This document shows positions 28,159-36,891 of a stretch of DNA of 64,000 bases, piece by piece; the stretch's first letter is position 1, and each line of letters opens with the position of its first letter. The stretch is from Candidatus Parcubacteria bacterium (GTDB lineage Bacteria; Patescibacteriota; Minisyncoccia; Phycocordibacterales; Phycocordibacteraceae), in assembly GCA_034666125.1 (NCBI GenBank), contig JAXDML010000007.1:5270-69269 (forward strand), written 5' to 3'. A model generated the notes under the pieces. It was not told the origin of the DNA, ran no database searches, and saw nothing but the letters and a program-made list of their open reading frames with translations. Both the position numbers and the translations under genes were made by a program.

Positions 28159-28200
28159 ATATAGCAAGTATATATCACAAACGGGCCCGAAAGCAAGGGC

Positions 28201-28791
28201 TTAGAGCTCCTCGTGCTCCCGGAAGACGGCCTCGTAGTTGGCGATCGTGCGGTACGCGAGACGGTCGGTGAGCTCGAACGCCATGCCGCTGTGCGCGATC
28301 TCGTTGCGGACCTTGTGCGCCTCCCAGGCGTTGTTCAGGGTCTGGAAGTGGGTCGGACTCACCTGCTTGAGCTTCTCGCCGACCGACGTGCCGACGTAGC
28401 CGAGACGCGTCAGGAGTTCGTCGAGGATGATGTCGGCCTCGATGATGGCCTGCCGCCAGTCGGACTGGTTCGTACCCTGTATGAGTGTGAGGATGTACTG
28501 CCAGCGCGAGGTCTCGAGACGCTCGTGCTCGTCGTACTGCGTTATGGTCGCGTAGAGCGGGGCCTCCTCCTGGCGGATCTGGAATATGCGCGCAGTGCTG
28601 TAGATGATGACGAAAATGGCGAAAAGGCAGACGAAGACGGCAAGGACCGTAACGAGGATCCAGAGCTGGCCGAGGAAGGCGAGGAATCCGGAAATGCCGA
28701 AGCCGGTATTCCCCACGCCGAAGACCGTCTCGTAGAGGATACGGAAGAAATAGGAGAGGTTGAGGAAATGTACGCCGGACTCGCCTTCCAT
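28201..28791 (-). CDS. membrane-anchored protein with C-terminal HEPN-like R-x4-H motif (AHKVRNEIAHSG)
   Basis: 196 aa with an N-terminal TM hairpin and an alpha-helical C-domain carrying the RNEIAH motif. The HEPN/Abi-like call is by motif only. Confidence 0.35.
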   Translation of the reverse strand: MEGESGVHFLNLSYFFRILYETVFGVGNTGFGISGFLAFLGQLWILVTVLAVFVCLFAIFVIIYSTARIFQIRQEEAPLYATITQYDEHERLETSRWQYILTLIQGTNQSDWRQAIIEADIILDELLTRLGYVGTSVGEKLKQVSPTHFQTLNNAWEAHKVRNEIAHSGMAFELTDRLAYRTIANYEAVFREHEEL

Positions 28792-28798
28792 CAGTTCA

Positions 28799-30232
28799 TT
28801 ATAACGTTTCTCCGGTGACGTCGGCGCCTATTCTGAACAGGCGTTCTTCCTGTCCGTGAGGCGCCGTGAAATGGATACCCGTAGGCAGGCTTGAACCGTC
28901 CCGTTCGACATTTCCCATGGGAATCGATATTGCCGGCATTCCCGTCAGGTTCGCGGTCACCGTAAAGATGTCCTCGAGGTACATGGAAACGGGATCGCTT
29001 TTACCTCCGAACTTGAAGGCGGGTGACGGGGTTGTCGGGAAAGCGACTACGTCGCATTTCTCGAAAGCGGTCGCGTACTCGGCTCGAAGTACTGGACGGG
29101 CGGCTTCGGCTTTCCGGTAGTATGCATCGATATAACCGCTTGAAAGAACGAAGGTACCGAGAAGGATGCGTCGCTGCGTTTCCGCGCCGAAGCCCTCGGT
29201 GCGCGAGAGGACATAGTCGTTGAGGAGCGTGCCGCCGCGCGCGGCATGGCCGTAGCGGATGCCATCGTACCGGGCAAGATTCGTGGAGGCTTCCGCAGGC
29301 ATGATGATGTAGTACGACGGGAGGCCATATGCACTGGTCGGCAATTCGATATCCACGATACGATGACCGCGCTCTCGAAGGCTTCCTAGCGTTGCCTCGA
29401 AGGTGGCGAGTACGTCAGCATCCACACCCTCCGCAATCAGATGGCGCGGTACACCCACGGTGGCATGTTCGAAAATCTTCGACTCTGCATAAAAACCATC
29501 CGGGAAAGAAGTTGCGTCCATTGCGTCGTGCCCCCGCACTGCCTGGAAAAGAGCTCGTACATCAGCGACCGTCTTCCCAAGCTCTCCTATCTGATCAAGC
29601 GACGACCCAAGCGCAATAAGACCATGACGCGAAACCGAACCATAGGTCGGCTTAAATCCGATGACGCCACAATGTGCGGCCGGTTGTCGGCAGGACCCGC
29701 CAGTATCCGAGCCGTATGCGCCAAGCGCGAGATGGGTCGCTACCGCGACCGCAGAACCGCCTGAAGAACCACCCGGAACGCGAGACGTATCGTGCGGGTT
29801 CTTGGTGGGCCCATACGCTGAGTGCTCGGTCGATGCTCCCATACCAAACTCGTCCATGTTCGCGCGACCGACGAATAGTGCATTGCTCTCTTTTAACTTC
29901 TTGATCGCCGTAGAGTCGTATGGAGCGATATACCCTTCAAGGATCTTCGACGCGGCGCTTGCGACATGCCCTTCTATAAGAATATTGTCCTTGATGGCGA
30001 GCGGGATGCCGCAGAGCAGAGGCGCTTCGCTCCCTTCCGCATCGATACGCGTTTGCGCTGTCTTGATAGCCGTGTCGTCAGCGTCGAAAAGCTCGAGGAA
30101 GGCGTGGAGGTCTTCGTTCTTTTCTTTTGCTGCGGTCGCACAAGCGTCCCAGAGTTCGCGCACGGAGAAGTCCTTCGCGCGCAGTCCCCGCGTCGCCTCG
30201 GTTATGGAAAGCTCGTTCAGTTTCGCGGCCAT
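28799..30232 (-). CDS. gatA: Asp/Glu-tRNA amidotransferase subunit A
   Basis: Amidase signature GGSSGGSAVAVA, Ser-cisSer-Lys family; 477 aa. Confidence 0.9.
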   Translation of the reverse strand: MAAKLNELSITEATRGLRAKDFSVRELWDACATAAKEKNEDLHAFLELFDADDTAIKTAQTRIDAEGSEAPLLCGIPLAIKDNILIEGHVASAASKILEGYIAPYDSTAIKKLKESNALFVGRANMDEFGMGASTEHSAYGPTKNPHDTSRVPGGSSGGSAVAVATHLALGAYGSDTGGSCRQPAAHCGVIGFKPTYGSVSRHGLIALGSSLDQIGELGKTVADVRALFQAVRGHDAMDATSFPDGFYAESKIFEHATVGVPRHLIAEGVDADVLATFEATLGSLRERGHRIVDIELPTSAYGLPSYYIIMPAEASTNLARYDGIRYGHAARGGTLLNDYVLSRTEGFGAETQRRILLGTFVLSSGYIDAYYRKAEAARPVLRAEYATAFEKCDVVAFPTTPSPAFKFGGKSDPVSMYLEDIFTVTANLTGMPAISIPMGNVERDGSSLPTGIHFTAPHGQEERLFRIGADVTGETL

Positions 30233-30233
30233 G

Positions 30234-30527
30234 CTAGTCGTGCGAGATGATCTTCTTCACGGAGAGGTGGTCGCCGTCGCGCCTTGGGAACATGCCGACG
30301 AGCTTCTCGGTCCAGGTCGCAGCCGCGGTCGGCTCGCCGTCCTCGCGGAAAACGTTCCGCAGATGTGGCGCCTGCGGCGTCGCATCTGTCCTTATATCAA
30401 GCTCATCGAGCTGCGCGATGTACGCCACGATACGGTCGAATTCGGCTGCGCGCGCCTCGAGCTTATCCTCGGGAATCGAAAGTCGCGCGAGCGCGGCGAG
30501 CTTCTTTACGTCCTCTGCCGATGCCAT
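30234..30527 (-). CDS. gatC: Asp/Glu-tRNA amidotransferase subunit C
   Basis: 97 aa; MASAEDVKKLAALARLSIPEDKLE... is GatC-like; immediately upstream of gatA. Confidence 0.85.
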   Translation of the reverse strand: MASAEDVKKLAALARLSIPEDKLEARAAEFDRIVAYIAQLDELDIRTDATPQAPHLRNVFREDGEPTAAATWTEKLVGMFPRRDGDHLSVKKIISHD

Positions 30528-30542
30528 ACGGTCACTGTAGCA

Positions 30543-32555
30543 TTAAATCCTTTTTAGGAATTCGCCCTCGTCGAGAATTTCTACTCCCAGTTCGGTCGCC
30601 TTCTGAAGCTTGCTTCCGGGGTTCTCGCCGGCGAGTACGAAGGAGGTCTTCTTCGACACGGAGCCGGATGGATTACCGCCGTGCCTGCGTACGAGGGCTT
30701 CGGCCTCCTCACGTGAGAGAGTCGGCAGCGTACCGGTCACGACGACGGTCTTCCCGGAGAGCTTCCCGCTTCCCGCGGCCTTCGCGACCTGTTGCACGGA
30801 TAGGTGCGGCATGAGGCGGGCGAGCATGGCCTGATTCTCGGGATCCCGAAACCATGAGCTCACGCCACGCGCGACGACGTCGCCGATGCCGTTCACGCGT
30901 GCAAGCTCGTCTTCGCCCGCTTTCGCAAGGCGGTCGAGAGTACGGAACTCGGTCGCGAGCAGGTATGCGGTCTCCTCCCCCACGTGCAGTATCGAAAGCC
31001 CGACCAGCAGGCGGTCGAGCGTCACGTCCTTCGCGCGCCCGAGCGCCGCCATCAGGTTATCGACCGACTTCTCCTTGAAGTTCGGAAGCGCGAGCAATTC
31101 GTCCCGTGTCAGGTCGAAGAAGTCGTCGAAACCGCCCACGAGCTCGTGCTCCATGAGGAGCTTGACGGTCTTCGGGCCGAGTCCGTCGATATCGAGCGCG
31201 GATTTACCCGTGAAATGCGCGAGCGTGCGCACGAGCTGGGTGAACGAACCGCGCGTCTTGCAGCGGTGCGCGGCTTCGCCCGGAATGCGCTCGATAGCGC
31301 CGTCGCCTCCGCATAGGGTCGACCGTTTCGGGAAGCGCCACTTCTTCTCCTTCCCCGTGCGGAACTCCGGAAGGACCTCCACGATCTCCGGGATGATGTC
31401 GCCCGCCTTCTGAAGAATCACCGTGTCGCCGACACGGATGTCCTTGTCGTGTATGAAATCCTCGTTGTGAAGCGTCGCGCGGGCGACGGTAGAACCGGCA
31501 ACGGCGACGGGTCGCAGCTGCGCGACCGGCGTGATCTTTCCGGTACGTCCGACCTGCAGGACGATGTCCTCTATCACGGTCGTGACCTGTTCGGCGGGGA
31601 ATTTGAGGGCGATCGCGAAGCGCGGCCCCTTGCCGGTATAGCCGAGGGCTTCCTGGTATTCCCGCTCGTTCACCTTCACGACGATGCCGTCGAGCTGGTA
31701 GTCGAGCCGTTCGCGCTTCTTCCCGTGCCACACCTCCCAGAACTTGAGTACGTCCTCGACCGACTGCATGCGGCGCGCTTCGGGGCTCGTCGGCAGGCCG
31801 AGTTCGCGGATATAGGCGAGCTCCTGTTCCTGGGTCGCGGGCATCGGCTCGTTCAGAAGGCCGATGTCATAGAGTTCGACGCCGAGCGGTCGCGCGCGCG
31901 CCATCTCGGGATCAAGCTGGCGGATGGAGCCCGCAGCTGCATTCCGGGGATTGGCGAACAGAGGTAGGCCGGCCTTCTCCCGTTCCTTGTTCAATTTCGC
32001 GAAGCCCGCGCGCGACAGATACACCTCGCCTTCGACGACAATATCCACCGGGCGCTTCAGAGCATCCGGCACGTTCCGGATCGTGCGGATGTTATGCGTG
32101 ACGTCCTCGCCAGTCTTGCCATCGCCGCGCGTCGCAGCCGTCGCGAGCTTCCCGCGCTCGTACGTCAGCACGATATGCAGCCCGTCGATCTTGAGCTCGC
32201 ACATGTAGGTCGGCGCGGCCTCGCGCCCGAGCGTCTTCGCGAGCGTCCGGCGCACGCGCTCGTCGAAGGCGCGCAAGTCCGCCTCGGTAAAGGCATCATC
32301 GAGCGACCACTGCTGTACCTGATGCCGCACCTTCCTGAGCCCGGGCAGGACATTCCCCGCGACTTTCTGCGTCGGCGAATCGGCGCGCTTCAGTTCAGGG
32401 TATTCCGCTTCAAGCTCCGCGAGCTCCCGCTTCAGGGAATCGAGTGCTTCGGGCGTGATCGGGGATTCATCCTGCTCGTGGTACAGGGTACGGTACTTCC
32501 CTATGCTGTCGCGGAGCTGCCTGGCTCGGGTCTGTATGGAAGCGGGAACGGGCAT
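30543..32555 (-). CDS. ligA: NAD-dependent DNA ligase
   Basis: KxDG adenylation motif (CELKIDGLHI), OB fold, Zn finger (CGG...C), HhH and a C-terminal BRCT domain (SGKTVVVTGTL). Confidence 0.9.
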   Translation of the reverse strand: MPVPASIQTRARQLRDSIGKYRTLYHEQDESPITPEALDSLKRELAELEAEYPELKRADSPTQKVAGNVLPGLRKVRHQVQQWSLDDAFTEADLRAFDERVRRTLAKTLGREAAPTYMCELKIDGLHIVLTYERGKLATAATRGDGKTGEDVTHNIRTIRNVPDALKRPVDIVVEGEVYLSRAGFAKLNKEREKAGLPLFANPRNAAAGSIRQLDPEMARARPLGVELYDIGLLNEPMPATQEQELAYIRELGLPTSPEARRMQSVEDVLKFWEVWHGKKRERLDYQLDGIVVKVNEREYQEALGYTGKGPRFAIALKFPAEQVTTVIEDIVLQVGRTGKITPVAQLRPVAVAGSTVARATLHNEDFIHDKDIRVGDTVILQKAGDIIPEIVEVLPEFRTGKEKKWRFPKRSTLCGGDGAIERIPGEAAHRCKTRGSFTQLVRTLAHFTGKSALDIDGLGPKTVKLLMEHELVGGFDDFFDLTRDELLALPNFKEKSVDNLMAALGRAKDVTLDRLLVGLSILHVGEETAYLLATEFRTLDRLAKAGEDELARVNGIGDVVARGVSSWFRDPENQAMLARLMPHLSVQQVAKAAGSGKLSGKTVVVTGTLPTLSREEAEALVRRHGGNPSGSVSKKTSFVLAGENPGSKLQKATELGVEILDEGEFLKRI

Positions 32556-32634
32556 GGTGCGCCCATTTTACCGAAGAAAAGGGGCAGGCACCATTTTCTT
32601 CTGGATTATGCGAAGAGAAATGGTGCCTGCCCCT

Positions 32635-33135
32635 TTAGTAGAAGATCTTGAGCCCGCGTTCGAAGAGGCTCGGATCCGTTGCCGAGCACGTATTGAAACC
32701 GCTCGCGAAGATGCAGCTCTTGGCTCCCGAGGCGCTGCAGGTGCCGGTCCCTTCCTTGTATACCGCCACCGTGGCCGAACGGCCGGTCCCCGCGCAGGCG
32801 ACGTCGAACGTCGTGCGCACGCCGCCGCCCGTAAGCGTGCTCTCCGCGTATCCGGTCACGGCCCGGCCGTCGCACTGCATCGCGCCCTGGTCGAAGATAT
32901 TGCCGACGTTGAAGGCGGCGAACTTCTGGTCATAGTAGAGCGCGCACTCCATCGCCGAATCGGCGCGGTAGAAGGCGACCTGCGAATTGCGCGCAGCCGA
33001 CGAAAGGACGATCTGCTTGTACGCGATGTCGGCGAGCGAGAGCCCGACGACGAGCGCGACCGAGGCGAGGATGATCGCGATAAGGAGGGTGAATCCCCGT
33101 TGCGGCCGTATGGAGTTGTGATAGTGGGTACTCAT
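32635..33135 (-). CDS. pseudopilin/minor pilin (prepilin signal QRG|FTLLIAI)
   Basis: Class III signal with an E5-less variant (FTLLIAIILASVALVVG). Confidence 0.7.
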   Translation of the reverse strand: MSTHYHNSIRPQRGFTLLIAIILASVALVVGLSLADIAYKQIVLSSAARNSQVAFYRADSAMECALYYDQKFAAFNVGNIFDQGAMQCDGRAVTGYAESTLTGGGVRTTFDVACAGTGRSATVAVYKEGTGTCSASGAKSCIFASGFNTCSATDPSLFERGLKIFY

Positions 33136-33656
33136 TGCCAGTTATAGAGATGCTCGGTCACGGTGACCGAATACGGGATGCGCAGCGTCGACCAGGAGAC
33201 GGTCGTCGTGACCGTGACCTCGTTCGCCGAGACGCTCGCCACAATCACCTTGCGGGAGAAGCGCGTGACGGTCCCGGTGGCAGCCTGCCGGTACCGGTAC
33301 GACGTATCGAGCCTGAGCGGGGCGCATCCCGAGGAGGAGCAGGCCGTGAGGGCTTGTGTAGACACGTCGACGTCGCAGCCGTAGTCGCTCGGGCCTTCGG
33401 CGCCGGTTATCGTGCACGCGCTCAATCCGTTCAGCCAGTTGCTCTGCCCGGTGAGGTAGTTGCCGTCGCGTACGCTTCGGACGTACTCCATGCCTTCCTG
33501 CGCGAGCGCGGTCGCGATAAGGCTGTCGCGCGCGGTATAGGAGGCGATGAGGGACTTGTGGACGGCGTACAGCGGCCCCACGACGGCGATGATCAGGACC
33601 GTGATGGCCACCATGGTCTCGATGAGAGTGAACCCTTTGAGGGAGCGGGTCATCAT
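33132..33656 (-). CDS. pseudopilin/minor pilin (KG|FTLIETMVAI)
   Basis: This is the C-terminal 174 codons of track ORF 33132..34235. The upstream part of that ORF is out-of-frame noise. Start MMTRSLKGFTLIE with ATG at 33654-33656. Confidence 0.75.
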   Translation of the reverse strand: MMTRSLKGFTLIETMVAITVLIIAVVGPLYAVHKSLIASYTARDSLIATALAQEGMEYVRSVRDGNYLTGQSNWLNGLSACTITGAEGPSDYGCDVDVSTQALTACSSSGCAPLRLDTSYRYRQAATGTVTRFSRKVIVASVSANEVTVTTTVSWSTLRIPYSVTVTEHLYNWQ

Positions 33657-34192
33657 ATGTCTATAAGCCGCTGGGTCGCAGCGCTCTCGGTGACGAACTC
33701 GACCGGTACGCCCGTCGCGTCGGGAGTGATCACGCCGCGTATGACGAAGACGACCATCGGCTGCACGGGGTCCCCTGCCGCCGTACCGCGCGCGTAGAAG
33801 TCGAGCCGCGCGACATTGATGCGGGGGTCTGTCAGTTGCGTACAGGTACCGCTGATGCACTGCCGCACGTAGCCGGTGCTGCCCGACGCCACGCGTGCGT
33901 ACGATACCGCCCTTCCATTGGCGTCGGTGAAGGAAAGGCTGTCGCGAGGCGTCGCCCAGCAGTCTCCGGACCCGCCGCAGCTGTAGTTCGTGCCCGTGCG
34001 GACCGATCGTTCCATGGAGTCGATCACATAGGAGAGGTTCGTCACGACGTCGTTCGTCGCGCGCGCCTTGCGGTCGAGGCTGATGAGCGCGAGGAAGGCG
34101 GCGCCGGCGACGAGCATGACGATGGAGAAGATCGCCACCGACACGATGAGCTCGATGAGGGTATACCCGCGATAAGGCGCATTCGTGGTCAT
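33653..34192 (-). CDS. pseudopilin/minor pilin (RG|YTLIELIV)
   Basis: ORF 33653..34213 started at MTTNAPYRGYTLIE. Confidence 0.75.
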   Translation of the reverse strand: MTTNAPYRGYTLIELIVSVAIFSIVMLVAGAAFLALISLDRKARATNDVVTNLSYVIDSMERSVRTGTNYSCGGSGDCWATPRDSLSFTDANGRAVSYARVASGSTGYVRQCISGTCTQLTDPRINVARLDFYARGTAAGDPVQPMVVFVIRGVITPDATGVPVEFVTESAATQRLIDI

Positions 34193-34203
34193 AGGCATGC
34201 AAC

Positions 34204-34878
34204 TCATGGACAAGACGGCCCGACCGATATCTCACCGAGTTGCGACACGCGCACGATGCGCGTCGCCGCGTTACCCGGCGCGGTGACCGTCACCTGCGCG
34301 CAGGTGAAGGACTGGCTCGAGGGGCCGATCAGTATCGCCCGGGTCTCGGGACGCATGAACACGACATCGAGCGAATTGACCCCGACGCACGTCCCGCCGA
34401 CGCCCGTCTTCCCGCAGATATTCTGGATGGTATATCCGCGGCTGAAGGTATAGTTCTGGACGATGGTATCCGTAGGGCTGCCGTCGTATTTGCAGTTCCC
34501 GGGCTTCGCTTCAGGTGCCGGCGTGCTTGAGTCCCCGACCGGACATATGGACTGCGGAAGCGATTTGGTCGAGGGTCCGGTATCCGCAAAAACCATATAG
34601 CCGGTCGTCCCTTCAAAATGCACGCCATAGCCGGCATCGGACTGCGTATTGATGCCGCGGCTCGCCAGGCCGAGCGACTGCGCCTGCCGGATCGAATACG
34701 CGACGGTATACGCGGTGTCGGTAAGCAGGAGCGAGTTGTTATACGTCGACTGTCCGTTGATGACGACGGCCGTGATGACGCCTATGATGGCGAGCACCAC
34801 GACCATCTCGATCAGGGTGAAGCCGCGGGGCTTCGGGGAGGGCTCGGTCAGGGCATGAAAAGTGGAAAGGGATTCCAT
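34204..34878 (-). CDS. pseudopilin/minor pilin (RG|FTLIEMVVVLAIIG)
   Basis: 224 aa with a class III signal. Overlaps the pilD 3' end by 31 nt. Confidence 0.75.
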   Translation of the reverse strand: MESLSTFHALTEPSPKPRGFTLIEMVVVLAIIGVITAVVINGQSTYNNSLLLTDTAYTVAYSIRQAQSLGLASRGINTQSDAGYGVHFEGTTGYMVFADTGPSTKSLPQSICPVGDSSTPAPEAKPGNCKYDGSPTDTIVQNYTFSRGYTIQNICGKTGVGGTCVGVNSLDVVFMRPETRAILIGPSSQSFTCAQVTVTAPGNAATRIVRVSQLGEISVGPSCP

Positions 34879-35609
34879 TGGGTGAAGTAGGCGAGGAGAA
34901 AGCCGGCGGCCAGGAACGGCACGAACGGGACCTCAATACCCATTGTAGGGCCTCCGCGGCGCACCAACAACACGCCGATGCCGACAACGGCGCCGATCCA
35001 GAAGGAGAACAAGATCCCGGCAAAGGCGTGCGTTCCGCCGGCCAGGAGAGCGAGTGAGAACGCCACCGGCGCGTCCCCGAGCCCCATGGCGCGGCCGCGG
35101 GAAAGGGCGTGAAGCAGGAACAGGAACAAGCTTATGCCCCCGGCGATAAGGATGGTGAGCCCGAGTGCGGACGTGCCGGCGTGCGTAAGGAACGCGAACG
35201 AGGCCGATGCGGCGAAGAGCAGGAGCGATGCTGCAGGAGGCACGATGGTATGCCGGAGGTCGTAGAGCACGACGAACAGGAGGATGGAAAGCGCGAATAG
35301 GAACGCGACGAGCGGGAGGCCAAGACCGAGCGTGAGATAGCTGAGCGCAAAAAGGACGCCAAGGACGGCCTCCACGAGCACGTATCTGAAAGGAAACCGC
35401 GAGCCGCATGAACGGCAGCGGCCCGCAAGCATGAGCCAGGAAAGGACGGGAACGAGGTCGTGCGCCGCGAGCGGCTCGCGGCACGAGCCGCATTTCGAAC
35501 GTCCGCGCTTCCACGACTGGCCGGTGTATGCGCGTTCGCTCACGACCGTCACGAAGCTGGCCACAAGAGCGCCGAGCGCAGCGAAGAAAACTGCCAACAG
35601 GATTCCCAT
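34848..35609 (-). CDS. pilD: prepilin peptidase (A24 family)
   Basis: Started at MGILLAVFF (ATG 35607-35609). Has an N-terminal CxxC...CxxC zinc finger (CGSCREP...CRSCGS) and a polytopic peptidase domain. Confidence 0.85.
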   Translation of the reverse strand: MGILLAVFFAALGALVASFVTVVSERAYTGQSWKRGRSKCGSCREPLAAHDLVPVLSWLMLAGRCRSCGSRFPFRYVLVEAVLGVLFALSYLTLGLGLPLVAFLFALSILLFVVLYDLRHTIVPPAASLLLFAASASFAFLTHAGTSALGLTILIAGGISLFLFLLHALSRGRAMGLGDAPVAFSLALLAGGTHAFAGILFSFWIGAVVGIGVLLVRRGGPTMGIEVPFVPFLAAGFLLAYFTQWNPFPLFMP

Positions 35610-35610
35610 G

Positions 35611-36183
35611 CTACAGGCAGCGCGTGTCCCCGAGCGAAAGCCTGCTTCCGTCGACATTCCGCGCACTGAAGCCTGAGCTGTCGATGCACCAAAAGTCCGG
35701 GTTCTCGGTGGGCGGAAGATTGTCCTTGAGAGGAACCTCGATCGCCCAGGCATTCGAGTTCAGGCCGCTGCAGCTACCCGGCCCGGTAACTGCCGGACAT
35801 GCGTGGCAGGTTACGAATCCTTCACCTCCGCTGCCCCCTTTCCCGCTGACTTTCGTAATGATGTTTTCCTCGGGAACGCCCGCTGCTTCCGCCGCATTCA
35901 GCAGCATCGCGTACACGCCCTTCGTCTCCCCGGCAAGCGCGGTGGGATGGCATACGTTCGTGGTCGTATCGTTCAGTGAGACGGAGTAGCGGTTCCCGTT
36001 CGCTTGATAGAAGAGTTCCGCCTGAGCGCGCGCGCTGACAAGAGCGGATTTCACTCCCGCGTCACTCCCCTGCGCGCGTGCGCTGCTAAGTACGACCGTG
36101 ATGATGGCTGACAGGACGCCGATGATGGCGATCACGACGAGGAGCTCGATGAGCGTGAAGCCGCGCTCCGAAGGACGATGCAT
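35611..36183 (-). CDS. type IV pilin (RG|FTLIELLVVIAIIG)
   Basis: 190 aa with a class III signal and a Cys-containing C-domain. Confidence 0.8.
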   Translation of the reverse strand: MHRPSERGFTLIELLVVIAIIGVLSAIITVVLSSARAQGSDAGVKSALVSARAQAELFYQANGNRYSVSLNDTTTNVCHPTALAGETKGVYAMLLNAAEAAGVPEENIITKVSGKGGSGGEGFVTCHACPAVTGPGSCSGLNSNAWAIEVPLKDNLPPTENPDFWCIDSSGFSARNVDGSRLSLGDTRCL

Positions 36184-36287
36184 GGGCTGAGTATACTACC
36201 GTCCCGGCGCCTAGCGGGCGCGGGACGTGGAAAAGCGAAAGCGCGCGGCCAGAGGCCGCGCGCTTTCTTGCTAGCCCACTGACCCGG

Positions 36288-36749
36288 TTACGGGCAGGCC
36301 GTGATAGCCGATGCCGGCGTAGTGATCGAGCGCGATGCGCCGGTCGAGTCTACACAGTAGGAGCCTCCGCCCTTGAGCTCGGTCCACGCAGCCCAGCCGG
36401 TCGAGCCGTTCGCCGCGCAGCGGTTCCCGATGGCGAGGGTCGTCGCGTGACCGTACGCGGTCATGGCACCGCGGACGTTATCACCGATGAGGTTGCTACC
36501 GCCGGTTTCGGCGCAAAGCGCCGCACCCGATGAGGGCGCATAGGTGTTGCCGTTCGAGTCGTAATAGATCTCGGCCTCCGCGCGCGCGTTGGCGAGGTTC
36601 GACTTGATGGCCGCATCGGCGCCCTTGTTACGAGCCGTGTTGAGGGACGCGAGCACGACCGACGACAGGATGCCGATGATGGCGATCACGACGAGGAGCT
36701 CGATGAGCGTGAAGCCGCGATGCCCTTTCTTGAAGGATGCTAATTTCAT
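36288..36749 (-). CDS. type IV pilin, probable major pilin (RG|FTLIELLVVIAIIG)
   Basis: 153 aa, PilA-like in size, with C-terminal Cys pairs. Confidence 0.8.
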   Translation of the reverse strand: MKLASFKKGHRGFTLIELLVVIAIIGILSSVVLASLNTARNKGADAAIKSNLANARAEAEIYYDSNGNTYAPSSGAALCAETGGSNLIGDNVRGAMTAYGHATTLAIGNRCAANGSTGWAAWTELKGGGSYCVDSTGASRSITTPASAITACP

Positions 36750-36891
36750 AAGTGTAAGAATGGTGCTGATGCGGGGTTAGTAAAGTCCGCTTCTCCATAT
36801 TGTACGCGAGTATTGTCGTACCCAGGTCGTTCCTGTGGATAGCTTGCGCACGCTCATGGGGTGCCTTTTGGAACCAGCGTACGATGGCTGG

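Noticed and set aside
33657-34235. Upstream 190 codons of track ORF 33132..34235
   Set aside because: The translation (MRYRSGRLVHELHAYDHECALS...RRRRLPRAHQPRPQ) is junk. The same DNA encodes a clean pseudopilin in another frame (33653..34192). Only the last 174 codons of the long ORF are real.
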